A stretch of 64,000 nucleotides of DNA from positions 372,001 to 436,000 of the forward strand of contig LSRY02000010.1 of NCBI GenBank assembly GCA_001643675.2. Reading direction: 5' to 3'. The notes beneath the pieces were generated by a model that was given only the letters and a program-made list of their open reading frames with translations, ran no database searches and was not told where the DNA came from. Made by a program: the position numbers and the translations under genes. The stretch is from Monocercomonoides exilis PA203 (taxonomy: Eukaryota; Protista; Preaxostyla). Shown one piece after another: positions 12,480-25,696 of the stretch (its first letter is position 1; each line of letters begins with the position of its first letter).

Positions 12480-13229
12480 GGAGAAAGTAATAATACTCCG
12501 ATAATGAGCTGTAAATAAAAAATTCTCAAGAAAATATGTTGATCTCTTGCATATTTTATAATAATCAATCAATCTCTTATTTGTTTTTTGGTAAAGATAA
12601 TAATCTTTAAGGAATCCTTCTGCATACAAATTTACCTAAATATGAGTTAAAGCGGACAAGCCAGGAAGAACTTTTTATTTGAATTTTTATTTATCAAAAA
12701 GATAAATTTTTTTTTTCTTTTTTCTGCGTTTTCAATAATTATTTAAAGTTTTTTATTCCCAGGAGTCCAAATCGAACATAACGAATTTTTTTCTCTGGAA
12801 ACTCTTGATTTGTCGTGCGAGTCAAGAAAAATAAATTTATAGAAAATTAGCAACAATTTCAATAAAAATCAATATTTTGCACAATACCATTATTAAGTGA
12901 TCTTAACATTTGCATGTTATGCATGTCTTTTTTTCACATAATACCCTGTTGAATATCTATAACATTGTGAAAGGCATTTTTTAGTGCTTCAAAAAAAAAA
13001 ATGATCAGAAACTCCATAACAACAAACAGACAAAAGTTTGTCATTGTTGTTCTCCAAAGAGCTTGTCAATAATGTCAAAACAAAGAAGGGTGGTGTGAAA
13101 ATGCAATTCTTTCATTGTAATTTGACATTTTTCCTTTTTTTCCTTTTTTCTTTTTTCCAATTGAATGGTTATCAACATTAATGAAAAATCGCGAATGCTT
13201 TCTGTCAGTAATGTATATTAAAAAAATAC

Positions 13230-14702
13230 AGGATATAATCTCCACCGAAAAAAAGACAAGTTAACAACTGTTGTTGCATTCGAACTTGATTATTATGAAA
13301 ATATCATTATTAATTTTGAAGAATGCTTTATTGAACTGGAAGATTGCATCAACGATGCACAGAAACAGAAAATCGAATAAATGAAGGGAATTTTGGATTA
13401 TATGAATGGAAAAGAATATTATTCAGTTTTCACAGTTGAATTGTTCAACAAAATAGACAAAATGATTAAAGATCAGAAATTGTCATTGGAAAACACTATT
13501 TTGCTGATAAAGCAAGTTGAATATTGCAATGCGCTGGAAAGAATTTGGATGAACAACTTTTGTATATCTTCATTGTGCAATACATTCAAGATGATTATTG
13601 AAGAAGAAAAGAATAAAAAAGAAAAGGATGAAAAGCTGGTTACTGATCTTTGTGAATGTCGTCTTTTGATTGACTTTTTTATTCCAACAGAAACTTTACT
13701 AATTTGTTTGCCTTGCCTTTTGAAAGCTGCATTGAAGAAAGAAGAAAACGAGGAAGCTCAAAAAGAAGTGGAAATGGCTTTGCTAACTTTGGACAGAATA
13801 AGAAACGTTTTTGTTTGAGCGTTTCTGCAAATTTCTTGAAGTCTTTTTATTCAAATTAATTTTCCATGAAGCCAATTGAAATAGGATTACATTTGAAGGG
13901 GATGATAGAAATCATCCAATATCACCAGAAGTATCGCAACCTCACCAGAATTGCCTATCAAACAGCTGTTCGGTATTTGGCCTTCATGCTTATGTATGAT
14001 AAAAGCTTGGAAAGCATAATTGTGAAAGAATTACACTTTTTGAGTGAAGCCAAAAGAGAATTGGAAGATCTGTCAAAAAGCGTGGATTGGAAGAGAAAAG
14101 AAGAGGAGAGGGAAAAGAAAGGAAGTGAAAAGAAAGAAGAGCACGCTTTTATGAGATGGCTAGAAACTTTGGATGCTTGCTGCAGATTGATCCAAATGCA
14201 GAATGAAGAATATACCAGACTGACAACATTCATCGTGGATCTGTGCCTAGCAGCCAAGGGCAATTGCAAAGAAATATATGATAAACGCCTTGATTTTTTG
14301 GTTGTGTCATCTTGCAAAAAGCAGAAACTGCTGATAACTTGTTGCATGAAGAGGCTGTTGATTTCTTTTTGGAGGAAATACATCAATCAACAATTAAAAA
14401 TGCAGTTATGTATCGAAGTGCGAGTATTTTTTATTGCCTTTCGAGAATATTGAGTAGAAAAAAGGAAAAGAAAAAGGGTTTGAAGATATTTTTTTTCGAT
14501 TTCCCAGAGCTGGATGAATGGAAAGGCGAAAGAAGAAAGCGAAAATATTCAACAGAAAATGACGATTTATCGACAGCTGCGTGAAAAGATGGAAGAAGAA
14601 GGATATGAAGATATTTCCTTCAGCTTCTTCATATCAACATTGGGTATTGCATTTTATCAGGAATCATTAAAAGACCCCAATGATTATGTTATTCATCATT
14701 AA
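13230..14702 (+). pseudogene. Family-1 copy A (uncharacterised ~450-aa family, ELHF..EA.RELE / KMEEEGYED), disrupted
   Basis: Shares CLPCLLKAALKKEENEEAQKEVEMALL, ELHFLSEAKRELEDL and KMEEEGYED with five other copies. In-frame TAA at 13378; the C-terminus is spread over three frames. Confidence 0.8.
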
Positions 14703-15805
14703 GCATTAAAAAATTGAGAGCAAATGATTTTTCCATCTGATTCAAGGCATTCATCATCGATTTCTTTTTCTTTTTCTTTTTCTTCTTCATTGTCAAATTA
14801 ATCATTTTTATCACTCATTTACACCCACTTCAACATTTCATTTGTTTGTTGATGGTGATGTTGATTTTTCATTCATCATCCACACCACGTGAAACTTATC
14901 TTTTTCTTTGAGAGAAAGAATTTATCCAACCATTTAAAATTTTTCTCGAAAAGTCGGACAACACACATGGAAGACACCATATCAACATTTTCTCATGTCA
15001 TCTCCTTCTCCCTTCTTTGTTCCACCATTATCAAAGGAAGTTTGAGAATTTCAATTGGAATCTCTTCTTTTTCTTCTTTGTTTAGATGAAACCATATGTT
15101 TTCCAAGTTCTTGAAAAGAATTGTGTTCTTCTATTATAGCTGGAATACTGGAGAATAGAGGGGAAAATACTAAAGTTGACATACCCTTGAAAACAAAAAC
15201 AAATTGCGTCGATATAATGGATTCGTTTCCTTCATCTTCTCCATCCATATTCAGTGATCCAAAAGAAAGTTTGAAACTTAAATGAATGTACTGATTCTGT
15301 ATTGGTGTCAAAAAAGCGGCTTTTGAAGACTCGATTTTTGGAGTGTTTCTAGAGCCATTTTCAAAGGATGCGTAATTGAATAATATTTCGATGGATGGGG
15401 AAAAGAAAAAAAAGGAAGATCTTGAATGGATGAAGCTTGAAGGAGAGAAACAAAGAAAACAGAATTTCAAGGAATAACACTTGAAAAATGATGCAATCTG
15501 AACTATGGTATAAGTGAAGCAGCGAAAGAGAAAATACATGAGCAACAGAAGAGCCAGAAAGAGGGGAAAGCAGAGTGAATGCGCTCTGATTGCCTTCTCG
15601 CAGTTGGAGCTGAACGAATGGAATATCATGTTTGGAGAGGAGATGAGCGAGTCAACATCGTGAACTTCACCAACAATGAAAGGCAGACGAAAGGAGAAGA
15701 AAAAAAGCCAAAGAAAGAAATATCTAAAGAGTGTGAGAAAAGGAGATATTTTGAAAGAGAATCAACAAAAGTTAAAGAAGACTGTGTTTGAAGTATCTTA
15801 ACCAG

Positions 15806-15935
15806 ATTTTTCTTTTTCTTTTTCTTTTTCTTTTTCTTTTTCTTTTTTTCTTTTTTTTTCTTTTTTTTTTTTTCTTTTCTTTTTTTCTTTTCTTTTCTAT
15901 TCTTCTTCTTCTTCTTCTTCTTTTTTTTTTTTTTT
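15806..15935. repeat. T/C-rich low-complexity tract (TTTTTC / TTC / poly-T)
   Basis: Directly visible; it generates the spurious poly-K and poly-F ORFs. Confidence 0.9.
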
Positions 15936-16068
15936 GCTTTTCGCATTTTGAAAAAATGGAAAACAAAGACTTTTGCACATGTCTTGAAAGGATGTTTGCT
16001 GACACGATGAGGGATGAAAAAAGAAAAACATAATTTTCAAAAGACAAATCACATAATATTCCATTTGC

Positions 16069-17495
16069 TTAAACAGTTACAAAATAATCTGCAAAGTTTA
16101 CAGATAAACGAGCAAACGCATATTTAACGCTCATAAAATATAATATTTCATGAAAGCCAATGACGATATCCTCATATCCTTCTTCTTCCATCTTTTCATG
16201 CACTTTTCTTTTCATCTCTTTTCGTTTCCCCTCGTCGCATCCATTTTCTGTCTCGTTCATCAGTTTTGCACAAATATCTTTGAAAAATGATAAGCATTGT
16301 GTTATTTTTAGGTAATAAATATCCAACTGGACTGTCTCTTCTAAAACGATGTCAACCAATCCGCTTTTCTGCAAGTCATCTATTTTTGTTGAATTGTTGT
16401 CAGCTGCAAATAAAAACAACTTCATGCGCATGCTGCTGATTTCTCCATCATTCTCCTTTACTGATCGAAATGTTTCCCCAATGCTGTTCAAAAGCTCAAA
16501 AAAGTCTTCATTCCCAAATTTGCATGAGAAAAAACAAAAGTCCAATATTTTCAACCATCTCAACAAAACAAGCTCTTCTTTCGCTTCTTTTCCTCTTCTT
16601 TTCTCTTTTCTCTCTCTCTTCCAATCAATGCAGCCTATCAGCTCTTCCAATTCTCTTCTTGCCTCTCTGACAAAATGAAGCTCATTCATTACTATTTGTT
16701 CCAAACTTATATCTCTGTAAAGTCTGCCTGTTAAAAATTGAAAAGCAGATTGATACGCAAGTCGTGTCAGGTTGTGATGCTCCTGATGATATTGAATAAT
16801 TATTTTGATTTCATTCAAATACAATCCTTGTTCTGTTTCCTTTTTTAAAACGAGAGAAAAATTCAAAACCATCAGCAAATATATAAAATGAACGAATAAA
16901 TCACATATTCCAATATTCAATACTGCTCAATGCAAGCAAAGCTATCTCCACTTCTTTTTGAACTTCTTCGTTTTCTTCTTTCTTCAATGCAGCTTTCAAA
17001 AGGCAAGGAATGCAAATTGAAAGTAATTTCCCTGAAGTAAATATGTAGCCCATCTAAAGATAGCACTCGCAAAGGTCAATAAAAAGCCTCTCATTCTTTT
17101 CTTCTTTTTTCTTTTCTTCTTTGATGATCATCTTCACTAATTTTGTTTGCAAGATAGAATTATCAAAAGAAGCGATTGTTATTCTTTTTAACACTTTGCA
17201 GAATCCCAAATGCTTCAGCAACAAAATTGTATTTTCCATCGAAAGTTTCTTTTCTTCGATCATTTTACTTATTGAATCGAACGTTTTTGCAACGAAAACA
17301 AAATCTATCTCTTCATCACTCGTTCCATCAATTATTTCATTCAATTCAATGATTTTCTGTTTCTGCTCAATTTCAGTGCAATTCTCCAACTCAGAAGACA
17401 ATCCTATTTTAAAACAAATATATCAAATAATGTGTTTCTCTCTTTTTAGCAACAAAATACAAGAACAAACGGCAAAAACTTTCAGTCAACGACAT
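16069..17495 (-). pseudogene. Family-1 copy B, three exons, premature TAG
   Basis: ATG at 17495 and two GT-AG introns. Exon 2 reads DLCECYL-TAG(17054)-MGY...ICIPCLLKAALKK, so a stop falls inside the conserved block. The last exon is open. Confidence 0.8.
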
Positions 17496-18899
17496 CTTTC
17501 GAATAAGAAATATCATGAACATCAAGTGTTAATTTCATTTGAAAAATTGTTTGATGTATTTATTAATTGAGTAACATAAGAAATATATTTTGGCAAGCGG
17601 TAAATATGGAAAACCTGTGGAGATGTGTTCAGCATTTTCTCCAAATGTTTGAACATGCTTTCGTTATGGGATGATTATTGTTGAAAAAACAATTTCACAA
17701 TTCCGAAATGGATATTGAACACTTGACGATTTTAGTCATGAACTCAAACTTCTTTGAAATGATTTGCATATTTAATGAAAAGAATTGGATAAGAAAAAAT
17801 TTATATTCAAAGTTATATTATTAATTTCGAAGAGAAAAAGGAAACATATGAAACAAAATGCAAATATTTGCAAATAACATCCAATAATATATATAATTAT
17901 TTTGGATGATAAAAAAAACGAAATGTTTTCAAAAGAGGAAACTGAAAGAAGAAAGCGATTTGGAACAAAATTTTTTGCTTTATAAATTTCGTTCCACGCA
18001 AAATTTTCTTTTATTTTTCTTATTTTTTTTTATTTTTTTCTTTGTGTCTATTTTTCTTGCATGAGAATGTTAGATTAACAATGATAAGATGACAGAAAAA
18101 GTTTGGAACAAATCTTTATTTTTTTCATAAACGCAAAAATAATGCCCCATTTGATTTGAAGAATTTTGTGAATCAAAAGGGAAATATTGGGTGAAAATTT
18201 TTGAAAAATCACTTTTTTTTAGTCTGATCTGTCCCACAATAAATCATGTTTTTGATTTAAATCACCATAATCATTATTCAAAAATTTTGTTATTCCTTTT
18301 GTGTGTTATTCTACATTATTTTCATGAATATCTACAGACAGTGACTTCCTTGATTTCATTTATCATACAATGAACAACGAAAAATTTGTCAAAAAAAGCT
18401 AAATCATTCGAACAAATTAACCTTGGTTTTTCTTCTTTCACATCTCTATCAAAAGAATTGCTGTTTTGATTTCACTGCACAATGTGAAAACCAACAAAAT
18501 TCCTTTTTATTTTAAACAAAATTGATTTCAATATGCTTTATCGAAACAATAAGCTTCACATTTTTTATTTCCAATAATTTTTCTTATCTTCATTCAGAAG
18601 AGTGCAATATTATCTGCAATAGAACTTTATTGCAAATGACTAGAAAATATTGGATGTATTTCTGATAACAAAAGAAATTTCTTTTTAAAAGAATGAAACT
18701 TGGATTAAAAAAGGTGTTGGAAAAATACAGTTATTTAAAGTTAACAATAATAAGTTAATAAGAAAGAAAATCTTGAAATTATCTTTGTAATGATATTATT
18801 TCGGATAATGTTGTTGCTTCCACACAAGATCCGACTTTTTTATAAAAACAATCAGCTTTTTATCATCATTATGAAACACATGTGCTTTACATAAAATGC

Positions 18900-21800
18900 A
18901 CCTCGTCGAATTTTTCTCCTTCATCTACTTCTTCTCAACTTTAATCATCTCCAACAACACGTCGTTCCACTTGCGTTGAACATACACGTCTGTAAGAGGA
19001 GCAAATGATGAGCTGCCTTATGAGCATCTGCGTAGAGACGGTGCGAATGATACAGTCTGACCAGCACTCCAAACAAGATAAAAAAGAAGATAGTGAAGAG
19101 TCAGATATTTTATCAATGGTGAGGATGTGACTCATAGGGTTCCAATGTCTATGAGAATTACCGAAAAAAAGATCGAAAATATTTCGGGGAAAGCAATAAA
19201 TTCTTTAGAGATTGTATAAGCCGCTAGCAGAGCAAGAGGAGAAGTGTTTGGAAGTGGAGCAAAAACTTCATTTGATTGGACATTATCAAACAAAGTCAAT
19301 GATTTCGCATTCTTCTTCCAGCACTCGGATGCGGTGATAAGAATCGGATGATTAATAGGTACGCAAAATTCTGTGGATCTTTGACTTGCAGAGAACATTG
19401 ATATTTCACCTGTGCTTCATTCTCAATCGAAAGACTCACAGAATTTTATAACAGATCCATCATATCCCTTTATATCATTCTTTACCTTCTTCTCTTCTTC
19501 TTCTTCTTTCATTTTGACCTCCTTCATACACACTGTTAGAACGCATTCAGAACTCAGCTCTCCAGCTCAATGTCTTCTCTCTCAGCAGAAGAAGCAGTTG
19601 TTGTCGAAGAAGAATGAGATGTTGAAGCCATAAGCGTAATGTGCTCATTGAATGATCTACGGTGGCGGTGGTAAAGATCTCAAGAGAATGAAAGGAGGAG
19701 AAGCAGATGATGAATAGTAATTTGCAGTGAGAAAGAGGATGCAGATCAATATTTGTATTTTCAGTTAAAAAAAATCAGCAGATGAATCAAAAGGCGCAAC
19801 AAAATTGAGGGCAGGGTGTTTCTGCATCAGATCCATCACCATTGAATTCTGAGATGTGAAGTCAGACGCCAACTTTGAGAAAGACAGCTCATCTCTTCTC
19901 CCATGCATGCAGCTCTGACAAAAGGTTCTTATCCATTTCTCCTTCTGAAACAACAGAGGTGATCCTTTCCCTGCTTCTTTCCTTCTCTTTCTGTGTGTTT
20001 CTTCAGCTTCCTCTTCGATGTTCCGCCTGGCTAAGCTTTAGCCCGCTCTTCAGTGCACTCATCAGATCCAACCGAGCCGTCGATCTCCTCGCTTCGACTG
20101 CTGCATACACAGGCACTTTTCGCATCTTCCACACAAATTGCCCGTTTTCCTCGCTTTTGATACGCTCATAACGGCAAGGCACATCCAGTTCATCGCTCAA
20201 ATATTCTATGTGGGAATTTGCTAAATCATTCAGCTCGCTGTCCGATTTCAGCTCTCTTGTCAAAATTGGCGTTTGGCTTTCTTTCGCCTCTTGTGGCACA
20301 TCGCTTGCCATTTTGTTCTCTTTCTGGTTGATCTGTGTGCCTGTCCCAAGGTGTGATTGTAATATTTCCTGGATGCTGCTAAACAGATTCTTGTCTTTTT
20401 CCTCTATCTTCTTCGCCATTTTCTCCATTTTCCTGCGCTCTCGCTCTTCTTTCTTCTTCCGCCTCCTCTCTTTCTCTTCTTTCTCATCCCTCTTTTTCTG
20501 TATTTCCTGCAGTTTCATCAGCCGAAGCAGTTTTTATCTCTGTTTGTGTCTCATCTTTCTTCTCCTGTCTTCATAACTGAAGATGGAGCTATATGAAAAA
20601 CTTCATTTTCTTCATTTTTCTTCGTTTCCTTCAAAGAATTTCTTCTCATCAATGATAAACTCTCGTTTTCTTCTGTTTTTAATTTATTTTCATTTTGATC
20701 ATCATTATTCTTTACATCATTTTCAGGCTTCAACTCCTTCCTCATCTTAATCATTTCTCTTGTCCTTTTTCCCTCTCTTCTCTTATTCCTTGCTTCTTTC
20801 TTTCTTTCTCCTTTCCTCTTCTCCAGATTCTCCGAATACCGCTCCACCATCCGAAACTCTGCATACAGCTGCAGCGCCTCAAACACATCTGGTGGGAGAA
20901 CAAAATATTGTCTTTTCCTTCTTCTTCCGAACTGCTGCCTCATCCTCCTCATCTGCTGCTCTTCCCCTGTCAGGAATTTGTTGTGAAACAATCCACGTAA
21001 CGAGATGGAGGAAAAAGAAGAAGAAGGACGTGAAGCACCAGAAGCAGCAGCCATTTGTGCACAGCGGTTGAGATAGCTCCGGTGGAGTAGACAGTGCGTT
21101 GTTCTTATGCGGCTCATCATGGCAATCTCAGAACGATGGGGTGGGGTGGAAAGAGAGATTGGTCACTACAAGAGAAAAGTAGGAAAAAGATGAGGAATAG
21201 GATGAAGATGATGAAGTCATGAATGATTGAAATGAATGTGTTGAAGGAGAAGAAAGGTAGAAGGTTCGATGTGCTTTTGGAGAGATGGAGAAAAGAAGAG
21301 AAGAGAAAGGGATGAGAACGGACATTTGCCTTCAGTTGAAGCATAACTGCATTTATACTCGGTTTGGCAAACAGAGCCTTAAGATGAGTTTGTAGCGATT
21401 GGAGCATTTTTACCGAGAAAGATGTTTTGTCTGTTGATCAGTGAGATGCAAAATGCATAACTGCTTTTCTTCAACCACTGGGAAAAAATGATTGGGATAT
21501 TATTTGCTTTGCATATAGCGTTTCAAGGCTATCTGGATTCGCAGTGGACGAATGCATAAGATCTTTATGTGGCTCTGCTTGAAGAAAATTTGGATTTTCA
21601 ATAAATTCCGTGTCTTTTGTAGGGGAAGAGACCTCTTAATTGTCTTCCGAAAATTCTTCCTTTCACGACAACTTATCTCTTTCGCTTCGAACGCAAGCCC
21701 ATTTCACATGTTCTTTCATTGCGACTGCAGTTCATCATATTTTCGATAGTTTGTTCCAATGAATAAAATGACTCTTCGTTCATTGTCCACTTTTCCAGGC

Positions 21801-22870
21801 TCCTGTGTATGTGTATGTTCTTCTTTCTCTTCCTTGGAGCAGAATTCTGGAGATTCTTCTGACAATCTCAATAAATGCAACTTAAAAATAAATAAGAGAA
21901 AGAAAATAAAAAAAAAACCTTTGTGATGAATTGCTTTTTGAATATAATAAAAACATCAAAACTGCTGAAAAAGCTATTATCTGATTTTCGTGTGTTATCT
22001 GCAACGTTCCATTATTACTATTTTTTGTGCTAACGCAAACTCTGATTTTGAAGAGCGTCTATTTCCATGAGTAACATTCAACAATCGCATGTCTATTTTT
22101 TCCTGTTCCAGTGACCTTAAATTATCATGAGAGACGGTTGTTCAAATGCATCCATTGATGATTAGATGAAGGAGTTCCATTTTTTGACTTCGAATGACTG
22201 AATGCCTTTGACAAGAAAAAAGAATTTTTTGTAGTTTTGCGGAAAATGAAATTCAAGGCATAGTAATTAATTGGTTAGCTTTTGCTCTTTTCTGATTATT
22301 AAAAATTGTCTGATGAGAAAACTGTAAGATTCATAAAGTGTGATCTCTCAGCACTGCATTGGCCAGACCATATGAAGAAAAAACAAGACAGGAACGACGA
22401 CTGTTCTTTATGAGAAATATACTCAAGATTTCATGGCATGCTGTTCCGTTTTGAAAATAAAAAAGGAAAATCGAATCTTGACAAGAAACGCAAAGATCTG
22501 TTGCGACATTTAAGTTTCCAGCTGTCCGCATTAATGACAGAGAACAGCAGATAATTACCATTCGATTAAATTCCACTTCAGAATTGTGCAACACGGAAAA
22601 AATGCAAAAATCTCTGAAAATATTCTTGGATTCCATAATTTAACTCCTGATAAAATGATTTGATTGGATATGTTATAATTAAAGCGATTTGTTTGATATT
22701 GCTCAAATTCAAGACATCAAAAGCTTGGAGATATAAAGACATTGTGTTGATACGAATTCAAGCACTTTCATCCTTCTTATCCAAAGGAAATTTTCAGTAA
22801 CGTATTTCGCTTCAATTATCTTATTTTGTTGAGCGTTCTTTTAGTGAAGAAAACGTATTCAAGTGGTTAA
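18900..22870 (-). pseudogene. Large disrupted coding-like region, product unknown
   Basis: A chain of abutting same-strand ORFs in different frames (22331-22636, 21117-21407, 20551-21120, 20003-20518, 19765-19953, 19132-19398, 18941-19135) has coding-like GC and Ser/Glu/Lys composition. No obvious AT-rich introns lie at most of the breaks. Confidence 0.45.
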
Positions 22871-23977
22871 AACAAATTCATTTTGATCCAAATATGTTTT
22901 TAAATCAAAAAATTTTTTAAAGACATATTCTGATAAAAAAGTCAATTTGTGATTAATTATAAAGAGTTTGAATAAATTTTCATTTAAAATATAGAATTTC
23001 TTTAACTGTAATGGGTGATGTTTTTTGATCTGTGGTGATTTTTCAAAAATTTTCTCCCATATGATCGAAACTTTTTCAGAGAAAGCTTGTGTGACAAATG
23101 GTATTGAAAATGATGAAGACAAGAAAAGAAAAGAACAAAAAGAAAATGGAGATTTTATGTGATATTGATGGAAACTGGAATTTTGAAGGAAAGTCTGTTT
23201 GAATTAACAAAAACAATTACAGGAGTGAAAAAAAAGGAAAACAAAAACATGGAACTTTCATCACAAGAAAAACAAGAGAATACATAGGATTCTTTTTCTC
23301 TGTTTTTATTCGTCCATGAATTTTACTCACTAATAATTTGAATGCATCATTTCATAATGTTTATATTTGTGAAATCATTTTCAAATTGATTAATCTTGCG
23401 ACTCTTTTCAAAAGTGTTCAAAAGATTAACGGCTTATTCACAGACAACGGTGCGGATTTGATGTGACCCAGTTAATTTTTATTTAAGGGGTTAAATTCAA
23501 AAACAATCTCTGCTTTAACTGATTGGTTTATGTTTTCGTGTTTTCGTGATCGATTTTGGGTTTAGAGTTATGTTCCCGCTCTTCTTTGAAGAGTTTGCAT
23601 TCAAAAAATGATCTTTTCTAAATTCAAAATGTTAGAGTGTGGTTTGGTTTTTTGAGAAAAATAAAACAGGAAGGCTGGCTTTTATCTCGAGCGGTGCAAG
23701 CGGTCGCTCCTTCGACCATTGACATTCCGTTGGATAAAGGTCAAGGGTTTGGCAATTTCCGAAGGTCTATTTTTCTGTGTTTTTCATATTTGTTTTCATT
23801 GCATTTTTTCCCCCATAATTTGTGAATAAACCAGATAACAACTGATATTTTATCCATTGTTTTTCTCCTGAAAACATTTGAATAAAATCAATTTAATTGC
23901 ATGAATTCTGTTTCCTGAAAAACGGTTTTTTCTTCTGTTTGTAGTTGTTCTATAATTATTGCTCATGCACAGAATGT

Positions 23978-24245
23978 GCACAAAATACCGGACAAGATCG
24001 ATTTCTCAACAACTGCAAGAGGAATAATTCTGACAATTTTCCTCAAAAAATATCTTTGCAATGCTAACTTATTTGCCATATCAAACTCTCATTTTCATAT
24101 TGACAGAATACTAAAAAAAATAAATTTTAGAAATGAAGGAGAAATTGGACTTTGAATTTCTCCGAGATTTCATTTTTGGAGAAAAATTGTCAAAATAATT
24201 CCTCTTGCAGTTGTTGAGAAATCGATCTTGTACAATATTTTGTGC
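23978..24245. mobile_element. MITE-like element, ~268 bp with ~70-bp inverted repeats
   Basis: GCACAAAATA..ACAAGATCGATTTCTCAACAACTGCAAGAGGAAT... at 23978-24050 is the reverse complement of 24174-24245. The interior is non-coding; no clear TSD. Confidence 0.65.
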
Positions 24246-25696
24246 TATGCCTGTAATATTGTGTTCATTCTATCCCATCAATCTTCAACGGCTATGGCAA
24301 TGATTCTGACATGTTCTTTTTATTTCATTTATCAATTTTCATCCTTTTTGCATTTTGCTGTTTAACATTTCATCAATTAATGTTCTTTTTCCTTCAACAA
24401 TATTCTCACCTTTCAGTTGTCTTTGTTTTCAAGCTTATCATGCATCATCTAATTTCTGAAACAATATGCTTCAACATTTTATTCATTAATTGATAAAAAG
24501 GAGAAATGAAAGATAATGCTCAAAAATGTGCGATACAAAATGGCAACTTGCATTTTGATGAAATTGTTGAGATTAAAACATTTCTGATGACAAAAGACTC
24601 TCTCAAAAGAAAGAACAATGAGATGGAGAGAAAAATGAAATATTGAAAAATCAAATATTCTGCTTCTATCTTCTGGATGAAATTCCTTTTTTTAGCTTTT
24701 GCAGTGTCACCAAAAAGCTGAATATGATATCGATGACGAACAGCTTGAGGTTAAAAAGATGAAATGTTTCTGCATGCTGAGTTTATTTTCCATTAAATCC
24801 ATCTTATCATTCTCCATATTTTGTTAACACTTTATCAAAATCAAGTTCAACAAAATGGCGATTTTTTTGTTGACATCATTCCAATTCTATGTCAAACATT
24901 TAAATTTGATCATGGGAAAGATAAAATTTGTGACAAATACAATGATTTCATTGATGAAATTTGCATTTTGCCATCATTCTTTTATTTCAACCTTTTTCAA
25001 CGAATACAGTCTGAAGAGAATGTGATCACAGATCACATCTGGTTTTGTGCAACTTTTTGTGACTATTTCCAGTTGTGATTACGTGCGATGTTTCTTTGAA
25101 CATAAAAATAATAAAAATAATTGATTGTTAAAAAATTTTGGGTTATACATATTATTTTGTTAATTTTCTTTTCAAAATCACATTTTTGCAACAAAAGCAA
25201 CAATTTTTAATGTTTCATTATGTTATTCAGGCTTTTTAATGCACATTTTTGCAAAATTAAAAAAAGTATCCACATTTTCCAATGTTGTTCATCTCAACAG
25301 TCATGTGACAATGCACGTAATGTGGAAGAACATAATCAAAATGGTTGAAAAATCTCTGAATGCGAAACTATTGAAAAGAAGTATTAATATCACTAATCGG
25401 CTTTGATGCAGAATAAAAAAGAATATTCGACATTCATTTTTGTTTTATCTGGAAAAATATTTAAAAAAATATCAACAAACAGAAATGTGAATAATGGAAA
25501 TATATTTTTTTATTTGAATTTTTAAATGGTGCTAATTTATCACAAAAACTTAAACGTTTCTAAAATTAACATTTTGACTTCCATACATATCTTTTCAATG
25601 CACCTATATGTCACAAAGTGTTTGATTTTTCAAGTCAAATAATTTTTCTTTCTTTCTTTCTTTTTCGCAATCAAACATCATGCTTCAACAGAGTCA

